64,000 bases of DNA from Paraspadella gotoi (lineage: Eukaryota; Animalia; Chaetognatha). The number at the start of each line of letters is the position of its first letter. The stretch's first letter is position 1. The position numbers were made by a program, and so were the translations under genes. The stretch spans positions 3,938,247-4,002,246 of the forward strand of contig CM119264.1 in assembly GCA_051294375.1 (NCBI GenBank), read 5' to 3'. Positions 26,601 to 48,095 of the stretch are shown piece by piece. The notes beneath the pieces were generated by a model. That model saw nothing but the letters and a program-made list of their open reading frames with translations. It was not told the origin of the DNA and ran no database searches.

Positions 26601-27636
26601 AAAATCATACTGATCTAATTCAATAGCCCATCTTTGCGTTCTGCGGGTAGCATCCTTTTTGCATCAACTTTCTTCCACGACAACAAGGTCTGTTGCGTTC
26701 AGTAATAGCGATAAAGTAGGCAGTTCTAGATTTAGTGAGAATTTGCCCGGAATAGCTGAAAGCGACGGGCGAACAACTCACGGTCATAAAGTGACCATTT
26801 TTTGTTGTGGCTTAGACAAACTTTTTTCGAGCCATGGATTTATGACTCGCTCTTTACCGTCAAAACTTTTGCGTTAGGACGTTAGCCTATAGCAGAAAGG
26901 GATGCGTCACTTTTGATTATAAAGGGTTTAGAAAAGTCTGGGTAGTTTTCATAATTTTTGTCAGAGACTTTAAAATATGTTTAAAGATCATCAAAGGCTT
27001 TTTGTTTGGTCTCTTCTTTCCAATTTCCATTCGGCACCATCATGGGTTAATATCTGAAAGAGGCCTTGAAGCAATTTTGCTATAGTTTTTACATATTGGC
27101 GGGTAATAGCCTGTTAAGGGCCTAGAAATGTTTTTAGGCGTTTACATTTTTCAGGTGGTTTCCAGGAACGAATTTTCTCTACGTTTGTGGATCTGGAGAT
27201 CAGCATATACCATCACGAGCATAGTCTAGTGTCCACCGACAAGACTTACTTGGCTCGAAGGCGAACTTGCACTTTAGAAGGTGTCAAGTTTAAGACCATC
27301 TCCTCCCAAGGCACCTCAGATGACTGCACAGCGCATCTACTCGACCTGATGTTAAGGTGATCTCCTATGTTCACTTGTCTGAGCGGACCTCTAAATATAT
27401 CATTCCATAATAACTTATTATTGCTGTGGAGGTAGGCCTCCCTCAACACAAGCCATGCTCAATCAAAGAACTAAGGCAGCTTGGGTGAGTTCTTGGCTCC
27501 CATTGGCGGCTCACTTTTGGCTATTCCAGGTTGCATAGGATTCTGTAGAAAATTGCAAATAATTTTCACCGCGTCATCCAGTGCGATGCAAATAATGGAA
27601 TTTGCCACAGAATCCGTTTTGTTAGGTCATAAAGAC
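23643..27636 (-). pseudogene. pol: Frameshifted Gypsy pol: partial RT, RNase H, integrase, GPY/F motif, long low-complexity tail
   Basis: Minus-strand motifs read across frameshifts: DLT.GFWQIP-like (~27610), PMGAKNSP (~27500), NVEKIRSWKPP...KTFLG...GYY (~27100-27190), YPDFSKPFIIKSDAS (~26900-26945), RWAIELDQYDFELLY...DADA (~26560-26630), LVKEVLKDSHGS zinc-finger start (~26150), KLEPRWRGP (~25080-25105). Confidence 0.85.
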
Positions 27637-28187
27637 CGTTGATGAGGAAAGGTGGATGGAGTTTGGGTGATGGTGGTTTGGTTGCCAGTGGTAAAGACGA
27701 GGGTGGGAAAAAAGCTAAAAAAAGCCACTCAAGATAATTATAATGACGATAATATTTTTATAAAGAAAAAATTCCAAGCTTGATTAGTGGATGCGTAGAG
27801 AAAATAAAGCAAAGAGGAAAAAAAAACCAATGGCTAGAATAGATGGCGCTCTTCGGTTGTTATCGTTGGGATAATCGTTGTTGTTGTTAATCCTTACGGC
27901 TGCCGCCGCGTCTCCTGCGTCTCCTGCGGCTGCTGAGAATCGTTTTACAGCGGAAGATTATGTAGAATCTTTAGTTTTTTTAAGATCGAACTATCTACAT
28001 TTAAAAGGTATTATTAAAAATAAAAATAATCTTTAAAATTACCTCAACGAATCCAGAGTAGAACTGAAAACCTTTCAAGACATAATCTCGCGCTTCTACC
28101 CCTCAAGTCAAGCAAAGCCAAGCAAAGCCAACCAAGCAAGCCTCGGCCTCAAGAAGAAATGGGTGAACAAAAGAGGGTTGGGTGCCA

Positions 28188-28238
<51 letters not shown>

Positions 28239-29577
28239 CATCATTATCCGAACTCGACATAAAGATAACATCCCTTTCTCTCCGCGAAGAAGATGATGAG
28301 AACGAAATGGAGTCGGCGGGAAGAAGAAAAGGGAAGGAGGAGGAAGGAGAGAAGAAAAGAAAAAGAAGGAGAGAAGAAGACAAAGAGAATGAAGGGGGAG
28401 GCGGAGGGATAAAGAATTATGAAGAACGTTGAAAGAAATACAATGGAGATCAGGAAGAATTAATGAATGAATGATTGATTGATTAATTAAAAGAATGCTC
28501 TAGTAAATTGATAAAAGATAGGAATTAATTTTAAATATGAAAGCAGTAAATGAAAATTTTCACTTAGGATACGAGAAAAAAGTCTATTGGCCCCCGTTGG
28601 TCACTGGTGAGTGGTTACTGGACCATAAAAATCTAAGATTGTAGTGCTACAGTACGCATTGGTTATGAAATCAAAACGGACNNNNNNNNNNNNNNNNNNN
28701 NNNNNNNNNNNNNNNNNNNNNNNNNNNNNNNNNNNNNNNNNNNNNNNNNNNNNNNNNNNNNNNNNNNNNNNNNNNNNNNNNNNNNNNNNNNNNNNNNNNN
28801 NNNNNNNNNNNNNNNNNNNNNNNNNNNNNNNNNNNNNNNNNNNNNNNNNNNNNNNNNNNNNNNNNNNNNNNNNNNNNNNNNNNNNNNNNNNNNNNNNNNN
28901 NNNNNNNNNNNNNNNTCTCTCTCTCTCTCGTTTGATCGAGAGCAGAAAAGATTCGAATTCATCCTTCGCAAAACCGAAATAAATCCGCTTCAGTCTTTCG
29001 ACTTCGCTTCGTCTCAAAATGATCCTCTCCTCCCATCCACCGTCTCTAGTCTCTACTGTTTATTACGTTTGAAAAAGATTATTTCATAGCTATCTTCAGT
29101 TTCAACTTAGTTAATATTAACGCCTTTTGATAAGTATCTGAATAACTAATCATCGTAAAATCCTCATACATTGCTGTCCTACTTTTATGAGGATCATAAT
29201 CTCCGCAAAAAAATGATTCACCCCTGATCGTCATTTCCTCAGCCACCACCTCTACCCTTTCCCTCCATCCTNNNNNNNNNNNNNNNNNNNNNNNNNNNNN
29301 NNNNNNNNNNNNNNNNNNNNNNNNNNNNNNNNNNNNNNNNNNNNNNNNNNNNNNNNNNNNNNNNNNNNNNNNNNNNNNNNNNNNNNNNNNNNNNNNNNNN
29401 NNNNNNNNNNNNNNNNNNNNNNNNNNNNNNNNNNNNNNNNNNNNNNNNNNNNNNNNNNNNNNNNNNNNNNNNNNNNNNNNNNNNNNNNNNNNNNNNNNNN
29501 NNNNNNNNNNNNNNNNNNNNNNNNNNNNNNNNNNNNNNNNNNNNNNNNNNNNNNNNNNNNNNNNNNNNNNNNNNNNN

Positions 29578-29608
<31 letters not shown>

Positions 29609-29968
29609 TTACACGAGTTTCAATGTCTCTTCTTTCAACTCGACATAAAACAGTTAATGGGAAAAGTTAACGAGTTTTTCCATTCTCGTTGTCAAGGTTA
29701 TTGTGGGATGACGTCATAAGCGGACGGAAGGAGACGGAGCGGGAGGGAGAGAGACGAATGAGGGAGGAAGATGAAGACGAATGAGAGAGAGAGAGAGAGA
29801 GAAGGAGACGAATTGGAGAGGGAGACATTGCGAAGAGAAGGAGAGGGAGTCGAATGAGAGAGTAAAGACGAATAGGAGTGGGAAACGTTGGGAGAGAGAG
29901 GGAGACAAATGGGGGAGGGAGATAGAGACGATTGAGATAGAGAGAGACGAGAGGTGGGAATAAGAGGA

Positions 29969-30064
29969 AGTCAAGTCAAGTCAAGTCAAGTCAAGTCAAG
30001 TCAAGTCAAGTCAAGTCAAGTCAAGTCAAGTCAAGTCAAGTCAAGTCAAGTCAAGTCAAGTCAA
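29969..30064 (+). repeat. (AGTCA)n microsatellite (longer copy ~35696-35910)
   Basis: Read directly from the sequence. Confidence 0.95.
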
Positions 30065-30667
30065 AAGAGGGAGAGTAAGATACATTTTAACCAGACGATC
30101 ATTCGGGGATTGAAACCGGAACTGTCCTCGCCATCAGTAAGAGCCACAATATACGTTTACATTAGATGAAAATTATTTAAAAAAAAATAAAGTCATCAAA
30201 GTAAATTTAGTACTTGTATACAAAATATATTCGTTATACAATAACGTCCTTAACAAGAAAAACGAAGTCTGCAAGATTAAAGAGAAACTAGAGCAAGGAA
30301 CGTCAACGGTCCACGCTCTTTTATCGGAAAAGGATTATCAGTTCCGTCCAGAAATTCGAACCGCAAACTTGATCCGACGACGCCCAGGCTTAGGTCTGTC
30401 CGTCCGTCCGTCTGACTGTTTGTCCGTCCGTCCGTCCGTTTGTCCGTCCGTCCGTCCGTTCATCTGTTTGTGCCGCCGCAATGGATCAGCTTTTCTCCGA
30501 TCTTTTTGACAAGATATCCAGAATTTGCGTGAATCTGTAATGACTGGTTAAATTGAAATAAAATGTAGGTTTGGCTCTATTCAAAAGTTTACTAATTCAT
30601 TAATTTGGTTATATATTTAATGGTTGATTGATTGGATGCTTTATTTTATTTGCTTTATTTTCGCTTA

Positions 30668-30770
30668 TCATTCATTCATTCATTCATTCATTCATTCATT
30701 CATTCATTCATTCATTCATTCATTCATTCATTCATTCATTCATTCATTCATTAATTCGTTCATTCATTTC
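30668..30770 (+). repeat. (CATT)n microsatellite (noisy copy ~37240-37450)
   Basis: Read directly from the sequence. Confidence 0.95.
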
Positions 30771-31091
30771 ATCCATTATGTAACTTCCGTTTTCATTCAT
30801 TCGTTCACCCATTCATTCCTCCGTCCGTTCGCTCACCCGGATATACGGACCCCGACATACGGACTCTCCTTTCCGACTCACGATCCATAAAACTCCCGCG
30901 GACGAACTTACCTTTCGGGGTCAGGCGCTCGGGCGACTCTGCGGGTAACGAGGCACGAGTTTCCGGTTTCCCCGGGTTTAGAAATCAGGGTGAGTTTTCA
31001 AAGTGAGAGGACTGAGAGAGGAAATGGTTTGAGGTGGTAAGTTAGAAAGAGAGAGAGAGAGAGAGANNNNNNNNNNNNNNNNNNNNNNNNN

Positions 31092-37740
<6,649 letters not shown>

Positions 37741-37784
37741 AGAGAGAGAGAGGAGAGAAGAGAGAGAGAGAGAGAAACGTAGGG

Positions 37785-38149
37785 TAAGCAGCAAATCAAA
37801 ATGATGAGGAGCAGAAGGAATAACTTGTGAGAAAATTTCTTGACTCGTGAAGGTTTGAAAAGTAAGGTTGAGGTAAGGCACTCCTTCGGTTTGTGAAGGA
37901 CCGGAGGTGAGTTTCAAAAAGAATTTTTAAAAAAATGATAGGTGAGGGTTTTTTTCGTTGTTGTCGAATATCGGTCACGACGCCGTCACCGACTAAAACA
38001 ACAACAACAACAACGACGACGACGACGACGACCCCGTTTTTCACCCTCTCACTCCCCCCCTTCACCGCCCCCCTCTTTTACCCCGGGGGCACCTCAGGCG
38101 CTAATGCGGCCGAGATAACAAATGCGATTTTTTTTCCACGGATGGCGAA

Positions 38150-38183
<34 letters not shown>

Positions 38184-38893
38184 ACGTTCCACGGGCTCGA
38201 GGTAAAGGGGTAATGGGATTCGTTGCCTGGAAAAAAGAAGAAAAAAAAAGAAGGAAAATTTGCGTATTTACGTCGAGCGAAGTCGACGGAAGTGAAAAAA
38301 AAAAATTGACGAAGATTCATTCACGTCTTGTGCCGAGTCACGTGACCCCGGAGAGGCTCACTCGGGTGAGGTCTTTCTCCTTGGGCTTTCCCGGTTGGGC
38401 TGACCTCATTGGGCTGACCCCAGTTGGGCCCACTATGGCTGGGATTGGGATAATTTCTCGATTAAAAAAAATCGTGAGACTGAAACCATGGAAGAATTAT
38501 GTATAAAAGATCGCATATTATTACAATCACTTTATCATTATGACAGGTTATATCGTTTATTCATTTTATCACTACATCACTTCATCTCTTCATCAGTGGT
38601 TCCATCAATTATCTTCAGCAGCGACTGTAAATTTTCTTCCATTCACAACTCATATAAAATCACACAACTCACCCCATCACTTCACAGACCTCACTTCCCT
38701 CACTTTCTTCACTGCCCTCGCTTATTTCACTTTCCTCACTTCCTTCACTTTCCCCACTTCCCTCACTTTCTTACTCCACCTCACTTCAACACTTCATCAG
38801 TCTTCGGCCTTACCTCAAATCCCTCGCTCCTCACATGGAGTTTTCGACGCCATTACCTTACGGCTTCGGGCGTAGGCGCGACCCATCTTCCTC

Positions 38894-38977
<84 letters not shown>

Positions 38978-39875
38978 CATAATCCTCGACTTCCGGGACG
39001 CGATTTCGCCATTAGTTCGTCTGCTTTCTCCGCCCAGAATCCGAGGCGTCGTCTTCGGCTTCCGGTTCGAGTTCGCTTCACGGTCCCACAACCGCCACCC
39101 CAGCCCCAGCCCAGCCCCAGCCCCAAGCCCCAGGCCCCAGCCCCTAATTCCGCTCCCAACCCTTTACACTTAACCAGTTCCGGAATCCGGCATTATCCGC
39201 ACTCCTACAACCTCAAATATCCAAAAAAACAGCCTCCATTAATCGGCCTTTATTATCAAAATGGCCCCGTTTCAGCTTAAATTTTGAATTAATTAATTTT
39301 TAAACTCAAAGTTTGGTCAATGATAAGGGGTTAGTTTTGGGATTAGAATAAGGATTAGGTTTAGGGATTTGGTTAAGATTAGGGTTAGAGAATTAGGTTG
39401 GCGTTATATACTAGATACAAGTGTAAGTCAAAAGTAGGGCGGTCTCGGAAAATAGTGCCCATTAATCGTTTGTTTTCTATTTCAACTCTCAACGTGGTTG
39501 GTAAAGGTGAATCGTCGGCTGAAGGGTTATGACTCCTTCACTCACGTTCCATCCGGAACCCTTTAATATAACACCATCTTGCACCCCCCTCCCCCCCGCG
39601 GCTCCCTTCCCTCGTTCCTATCCATTTTTTCATACATTCTTTTATTCATAAACTAACCGAGTTTAAACCCTTTTCTCGCTCGTCGCTACAAAAGGAGACC
39701 GGAGAGTAGAAGAGGGCTACACGGTGATTTCGATGGACATTAACCTGAGAGAAACCTCTCCCGCACTCGTCCGCGATATCTCTCCTTTTTCCTCAAGCCA
39801 ACAACTTTTTTCCTTACCACACCTTACCTACGATGCTCCGGGGACGCTCACGCACGAGGGCAGCGGAGTCCACCC

Positions 39876-39967
<92 letters not shown>

Positions 39968-40148
39968 CGTTCAGTATTCATAAAATCCCTCCCCCCTTTT
40001 TTGCGCGACTCTCACCTCGCCCTCTTTACGAGAGACCGTGGTTAGAGGGAATCTTGTTGCCTAGGCATAAGACCTTGGCGAAGGAGGAGATAGAGAGGGA
40101 AGATGAGAGAGAGAGAGAGAGAGAGAGAGACCCAGGAGGAGAAGAGAG

Positions 40149-40193
<45 letters not shown>

Positions 40194-40363
40194 TCCAGGC
40201 AGGTATGTCTAATGGTTTTTTGATGACTGTCGCACACATGCCGCGGTCTCTTCAACGCGTTGTGCGTGCAAACGACCTCGCACGCACGTACACGCAGCAG
40301 TCGTCCCACGCGGCGTCGAAAGCCGCGCGTGCGTACACACAAGCGCCGGCCACGCCCACTTTA

Positions 40364-40404
<41 letters not shown>

Positions 40405-42206
40405 TAATGAACACCATCGCTTTGGCCGAAATAATCGTTTCCATTCACCTGTCCGGTCAAATTTGCTCGGTCGTTCAATTTAGCCGCACGGCTTCAAGTT
40501 ATTATTTTATTAGGTGTCATATTTTGTAGTCAATGTTAGTTTATTAAAATTTTGAATGTTAAAGTCTTGAATTAGTGATTTTAAGATAAGTTTAACGGTT
40601 AGTTTAACCTACTCATTAACAATGCTGTAAAATTTATATTTAAAAGTATACTAACTTTGCTCTGACAAACGGCGACCCTCTTCGTGCCTTCGACACCCTT
40701 CTCTCTCTCCCTCTATTCCTTTCTCTTCCTCTCTCTCTCCTTATCCTTTCATCTCTCTCCCTCTCTCCCTTCACCCTTGGTCTCTTTCTTCTTTTGATTT
40801 TCATCCTTGTCTCTAGTCTACGCCCACTCCCCTCATCATTTCCTCTGCCTCAACCTCTTCCTCTGCCTACAACTCTTCCTCCCCACTCTTTCTCCCTCTT
40901 CCTCCCCTTTCTTCTCCTCTCTTTCTCCCNNNNNNNNNNNNNNNNNNNNNNNNNAGGGGAAAGCAGCAAATCAAAAAGATGAGAGAGCAGAACGAGTTAA
41001 TAACTTGTCCGAGAAAATTTCCTTGACTCTAAGGGTTTTGAAAGTAAGGTGTTGAGAGGGTAGGCACTCCTTCGGTTTATGAAGGACGGAGGTGCAGCTT
41101 AAGTTTCAAAAAGAAGAATTTTAAAAAAAAATGATAGGTGAGGGTTTTTTCGTTCGTTTGTCGAATATCCGGCGTACGGACTCACGACGCCCGTCAACCG
41201 ACTAAAACAAACAACACCAGACAACCGACGACGACGAGACGACCCCGTTGTTCACCCTCTCACTCCCCCCTTCACCGCCCCCCTCTTTTACTTACCCGGG
41301 GCACCTCAGCGCTAATGCGGCCGAGATAATCAAATGCGAAATTTTTTTCCACGTGATTGTACGGCTGGTTGGGTGAACGCGGGCCGGCGGCTGGCGGGCG
41401 GCGGCGGCGGCGGCGGCGCGGGCGGACCGTTCCACGGGCTCGAGTAAAGGGGTGTAATGGGATATCGTGCCTGGAAAAAGAAGAAAAAAAAAAAAAAGGA
41501 AAATTTGGCCCGTCGTATTTACGTCGAGCGAAAGTCGACGGAAGTTGAAAAAAAAAAAAATTTGACGGAAGATTCATTCACGTCTGTGTGCCGCGAGTCA
41601 ACGGTACCCCGGGTAGGCTCACTCGGGGTTGAGGTTCTTCTCTCCTTGCGGCTTCCGGTTTGGGCGACCTTCATTGGGCTTGGACCCCAGGTGGACCCAC
41701 TATGGCGGCTGGATTGGGATAATTTCTCGATTAAAAAAAAATCGTGGAGACTAGAAACCATTGGAAGAATTATGTATAAAAGATCGCATATTATTTACAA
41801 TCATGATATCCATTATGGACAGGGTTAATCGTTAATTCATTTTATCACTACATACCTCATTCATCTCTTTATCAGTGTTCATTCAATTATCTTCAGCAGC
41901 CGACTGTAAATTTTCTTCCAACATTCACAACTCATATTATAAAATCACAACAACTCACCCCATCACTTCACGACCTCACTATCCCATCACTTTCTTACTC
42001 CTGCCCTCGCTTATTTCACTTTTCCCCGCTTCACTTCCTTCACTTTCCCCACTTTCCCTCACTTCTTACTCCACCTCCAACTTCAAACACCATCAGTCTT
42101 CGGCCTTACCTCAAAATCCCTCCCTCCTCACATGGAGTTCTTCGACGCCAGTTTACCTTACGGGCCTTCGGGCCGTAGGACGCGACCCATCTTCCTCCTA
42201 CTCTCT

Positions 42207-42257
<51 letters not shown>

Positions 42258-43190
42258 CTCTCCTCTCTCTCTCTCTCTCCATAATCCTCCGACTGCCGGG
42301 ACGCGAACTTTCGCCATTAGTTCGTCTGCCTTTCTCCGCCCCAGAATCCGAGGCGTCGTCTTCGCGCTTCCGCGTTCGAAGTCCTTCCAGGTCCCACAAC
42401 GCCACACCAGCCACCCCAGCCCACCCCAGCCCCAGCCCCTAATTCGCTCCCAACCCTTTACACTTAACCAGTTCCGGAATCCGGAATTATCCGACTCCAA
42501 CAACCTCAAAATCCAAAAAACAGCCTCCATTAATCGGCCTTTTTATCAAAATGGCCCCGTTTCAGCTTTAAATTTTGAATTAATTTAATTTTTAAACTAC
42601 AAAGTTGGTAATGATAAGGGGTTAGTTGGGATTAGATAAGGATTAGGTTTAGGGGATTTGTTTAAGATTAGGGTTAGAGATTAGTGCTTTGGCGTTATAT
42701 ACTAGATTACAAGTGTAAGTCAAAAAGTAGGGCGGTCTCGTGAAAATATGCCCATTAATCGTTTGTTTTCATATTTGAACTCTCAACGTGGGTTTGGTAA
42801 AGGTGAATCGCGGCTGAAGGGTTGATTGACTCCTTCACTTCCACGTTCCATCCGGAACCCTTTAAAACACCATCTCACCCACCCCCCCCCCGGGCTCCCT
42901 TCCCTCGTTTCCTCAATCCATTTTTCATTAACATTCCTTTTATTCATAAACTAACCGAGTTTAAACCCTCTTTCTCGCTCGTCGCTACAAAAGGAGACCG
43001 GGGAGGAGTAGGAAGAGGGCTACACGCGTGATTTCGATGGACACTTAACCTGAGAGAAACCTCCCCCCCGCACTTGCGTCCGCGATATCTCTCCTTTTTC
43101 CCTCAAGCCAACAACTTTTTTCCTTACCACACCTTACCTCGATGCTCCGGGACGCTCACGCACCGAGGCAGCGGAGGTCCACCCCAGCGT

Positions 43191-43280
<90 letters not shown>

Positions 43281-43451
43281 TCGTTCAGTATTCATAAAAT
43301 CCCTCCCCCTTTTTTCGCGACTCTCACCTCCCCTCTTTACGAGAGACCGTGGTTAGAGGACACTTTGTTGCCTAGGCATAAGACCTTGGCGAAGAGGAGA
43401 TAGAGCACGAAGACAGATGGAGAGAGAGAGAGAGAGAGAGAGAGAACGAGG

Positions 43452-43482
<31 letters not shown>

Positions 43483-44260
43483 AGAGATGAGAGAGAGAGA
43501 GAGAGAGAGAGTCAGGCAGGTATGTCTTAATGGCTTTTTTGTATGGACTGTCGCAACAATCGCGGTCTCTTCCAACGCGTCCTGTGCGTGCAAACCGACC
43601 TCGCACGCACGTACACGCAGCAGTCGTCCCACGCGGGCGTCGAAAGCGCGCGCGTGCGTACAACACAAGCGCCGACCACGCCCACTTTATCTTTCTCTCT
43701 CTTCTCTCTTTCTCCTCTCTCTCTCTCTCTCTCTCTCTATTAATGAACACCATCGCTTTGGCCGAAATAATCGTTCCATTCACCTGTCCGGTCAAATTGC
43801 TCGCGACTTCAATTTTAGCGCGCACGGCTTCACAGTTATTATTTTATTAGGTGTCATATTTTGTAGTCAATGTTAGTTTATTAAAATTTTGAATGTAAAG
43901 TCTTGAATTAGTGATTTTAAGATAATGTTAACCGGTTAGTATATACCTACTCATTAACAATGCTGTAAAATTTATATTTAAAAGTATACTAACTTTGCTC
44001 TGAGCAAACGGCGACCCTCTTCGTGCTCTCGACACCCTTCTCTCTCTCCCTCTATTCCTTTCTCTTCCTCTCTCTCTTCCTTATCCTTTCATCTCTCTCC
44101 CTCCCTCTTCCCTTTACCCCTTGGTCTCTTTCTTTTTTCTTTGATTTTTCATCCTTGTCTCTAGTCTACCGCCACTCCCCTCATCATTTCCTCTGCCTCA
44201 ACCTCTTCCTCTGCCTACAACTCTTCCTCCCCTTTCTCCCTCTTCCTCCCCTTCTTTCTC
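37785..44260 (+). repeat. Tandem duplication: 37785-40929 repeated at ~40960-44260 across a 25-N gap
   Basis: Colinear from aagcagcaaatcaaaa onward. The second copy carries many single-base insertions that decrease away from the gap. Confidence 0.92.
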
Positions 44261-44428
44261 CTCTTTCTCCCTATTCCTCCCTCCCTCTCCTCTCTTTCTC
44301 CTCTTCTTCCCTTCCCTTCTCCTCTCTTTTCCCTCTTCCTCCCATCCCATTCTCTTTCTCTCTCTCTCCCATCGCCAGTTTTCTCTCCTTTATAATTTAT
44401 TCCGTTTTCGCTCTCTATCAGTCTCCAG

Positions 44429-44476
<48 letters not shown>

Positions 44477-45657
44477 CCCGCTTCTTCGCTTTCCATCTTT
44501 CTTTCCAAAGCCTCTCTTTTCCGCAAATTTCGTGCAAAATCCAAAGTGCACGTCGCACGCAGCACATAGTTGCGTGTGAATTGTAAAAGACTTGCAGTCT
44601 GGAAGTGAATTTCACAAAAAATTACAAGTTGGGCGCTAATATTAATAAATGTGGGCTGTGCAGTGTGCAGTTGTGCACGCAGTTTGGCTGAGCTCCCATA
44701 GCAACGCGCACGTTTCCATGTTACGTGCGATATCGGAGTCACGGGCGGTCGTCAGTCTTCGGCTGCGGCGTCGGTCGCCGGCTGCGGCGTCGGCTGCGGA
44801 GCAGACTGCCGCGTCGGGCGTCGACCGACTCGGAGGACGAAGGTCGCGATCGAGGATGCAAGACGCGTCACTCGCGATGAGGGGTGAATATTGTAGAGCG
44901 GAATCACGGGGAAAAAAAAGAAAAGGGAGGAAAGAAAAAGAGGTGGAGGAAAAAGAAGGAAATAAGAAAATGTAAAAAAGGAGGAAAGAAAAGATAAATA
45001 TTCCATTTTTGAGAGAAGTAATGTTGGGATTGAGGGAGTTGTAACTTGACATTTGAAGGGTGAAATGTAAAATGTTTTCTGTATGACTATCGTGAGGGAA
45101 ACAAACCAACAGACAATATAATACAAACTCCATTAAAACAACGGGGGTATGTTCTATGTACTGGTACTGTCGCTGGGTAAGGATCTTGGTAAGGCCTTAA
45201 CTTCAGGGTCGAGACTGCGTTGCCTCGTGACTCGATCGAGGCAGAAAGTGAGGCTTTGTTCTCGACGTCTTTGAGACGAAAGGAGATTGTGAAGAGTCGA
45301 ACAAGTGGAAGGAGAGAGGGGAGAATAATTGGAAAGAAAAGGTAAGGCGGAATAAAGTGAGGCCAAGCGAATTGAGAGAAGTAAGGCGGAGTGAGGGAGG
45401 TAAGTAAATTTATTGGAAGAAAACAAGACAAATTGCAAGAAAATGGATTATTTTGAAGGAACAAAATAAAACAGGAAAGTTTTCAATCGCCTTTTAATTC
45501 AAAGAATAAAGTTACGAGTCTTGATTGGATTTCAGTTTATATTTTAATATTTTATTAGAATATGACTGACTTAATTTGCATTCAAAGTCTAGTGGAAAGA
45601 TGGGAGACCTAATAACCTCGGCCGTGAGAAAAATTGAAGAGGGAGGAGGGGAGAAGA

Positions 45658-45786
<129 letters not shown>

Positions 45787-45991
45787 CGAAAAATGAAGAT
45801 CGTGTTACGTTCGGTGGTCGTGAGACCGTGAAATGGAAGTGAAGGGAGAAGGAGAGTTTGTGAAACGACGTGAGAGATCGTTCACGGACGGAGTGAGTGA
45901 GAGACGGTGAAGGTTTTCACGGGGTGACTGGGTGAAAGCAAGAACGAGAGATAAGCGAAGTATGGACCCTGCAGAAATGGATATAATGAAT

Positions 45992-46135
<144 letters not shown>

Positions 46136-46764
46136 GAATGAGGCGAGGGATTCAAATATCTCAATTGGGATTTTCTATCGACGAACGAGGACAACGACGA
46201 ACGCTATCGTCGAATTCCTTCAATAAATCTCCATCATTTTGTTTAATTTTCTTTCACTTTTTCATTTTCATTTATCTTTTATTTAATTCTCTTTATTTCG
46301 TTTCCAGTTTCCGTTTCAGTTTCTTTCTTAAAATATACTCTTTTTCCTCCATAATTCAATGATTTCCACACGATACTTTCCACCATTTCCACAACATTTC
46401 CGTACATCTCTGCCCATCCCCGTCCCTTTTTCCTCTCCTCTCCGCCCCCACATCCCATTTTCCAGTTCCATTTCCACTCCCCTCCTCTTGTCTCCTTGTT
46501 CTCCGATGTTCCACATTAGCGAAGTTTAACGACGTTAATAACGAGAAAAATCCCTTCGCATCTCCACTGTTACGAGTTGAAACGTTAAACGGACTTCGGG
46601 ACGATTAAATCCACTGCGCGCGTGGCGATGGAACTCAGAGGGCGTTGGCGTTGGCGTTGGCGTAACGGTGGCGAGAGCTACAATCGCCTCGCTCCGCACC
46701 TGGGTACGGACGTGTAACGACGAGTCAAAGCGCCAGCGTATTTAAAACAAAGCTTTCTCGCTCC

Positions 46765-46874
<110 letters not shown>

Positions 46875-47519
46875 CCGTTTAATAACCTTTGCTCGACAGT
46901 TAAAAAGTCTCGAGGAAAAAAGATCATAAAGGCGAAGAAAAACGGTTTGGGTTGGAACGGGGCTAAGAAGCCAGAGTAACCTTGTTCCTTGTGGCGTCGC
47001 CCATTTTAGTAACGCAAAAGGCAGTTTACTTTCTTTTCGAGTTACAGACGGTGAAACGGTGAAAAGATTTTTTTTTTCACATAATCTCTTTTTGAAAAAA
47101 AAAATAAATAAAAAAAAACCTCAGGCTTTTTTTTTAAAGAACACAAGGTCGACTTTGCCTTTGAAGTCGAAACGCTCGTGGAATGAGAATGCGGATATTT
47201 TTTTCGGCAGCGGCAGCGGCTGCGGTGATGGGGGCGGCGGCGGCGGCAGCGGCAGCGGCAGCGGAGACCCCGGCGTTCTGCTCGAAAGCAACAACGTCTA
47301 AACTCGGATCTTCGTTCTTCGCTACCCTAGATTTTTTACGGATTCTCGAAAGACGCCGGCTGCGGTTTTGGACGCGGGGGGGGGGGGGGTGTATATGCCT
47401 GGCCGCAGCCGACGTCGCCACGAACATCAGCAGCCGCAAGCCGCTGGGCGCGGCGCGAATGAATCCCCGGTGCGCATTAAGGCTCGAACTCATTCCCACA
47501 ACCGCGAGAGAGAGAGAGA

Positions 47520-47574
<55 letters not shown>

Positions 47575-48032
47575 CGAGAGAGAGAGAGAGAGCAGACCGC
47601 GCCGAAAGTTTTGAGGTCCCGGGAACAAAGTCGACCGAGGTTATTGCTCTCCGAGATGGAAAGTGGGGGATGGAAGGGGGGCGGGGTTTGAATGTTAGTC
47701 GGGTGTCGAGAAGGGAAAAGATAAGGGGATGAGAAGAGGGTGAGAAACCTGAAAGAGGGGTAAAAGCTCTTTTAAGGCTGTTAAGGGTAAGGCAACGAGT
47801 AAGTAACGACCCCGTTCTCGATGTCGGGTTGTCCTCGGGGAGTGATTTAAAGCTGAGAGTGATTACTTGTAACTTAACAGTGATTACAGGTAAGAGAAAT
47901 ATCTTGGGTAAGTACTAGGGAGGCTGTGATTCGATGTGGTAAGTCGTAATGACTTTTTAAAGAAACTGGGATTTATTTTTTTTATTTTTTTTATTTTTTT
48001 ATTTTTTTGAGACGATGTGGAATATCGTAAAT

Positions 48033-48095
<63 letters not shown>

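Larger units (their letters stand above)
19288..27636 (-). mobile_element. Ty3/Gypsy LTR-retrotransposon internal fragment (no gag or LTR visible)
   Basis: Base composition differs from the flanks and microsatellites are absent. Pol motifs lie in RT-RNase H-integrase order on -. The segment is absent from the homologous block at ~33420. Confidence 0.85.

Noticed and set aside
39330-39400. Degenerate TTAGGG/TTAGG-like run (also ~4135-4205 and ~42620-42685)
   Set aside because: Short, imperfect and interstitial; not a telomere, and common in invertebrate repeats.
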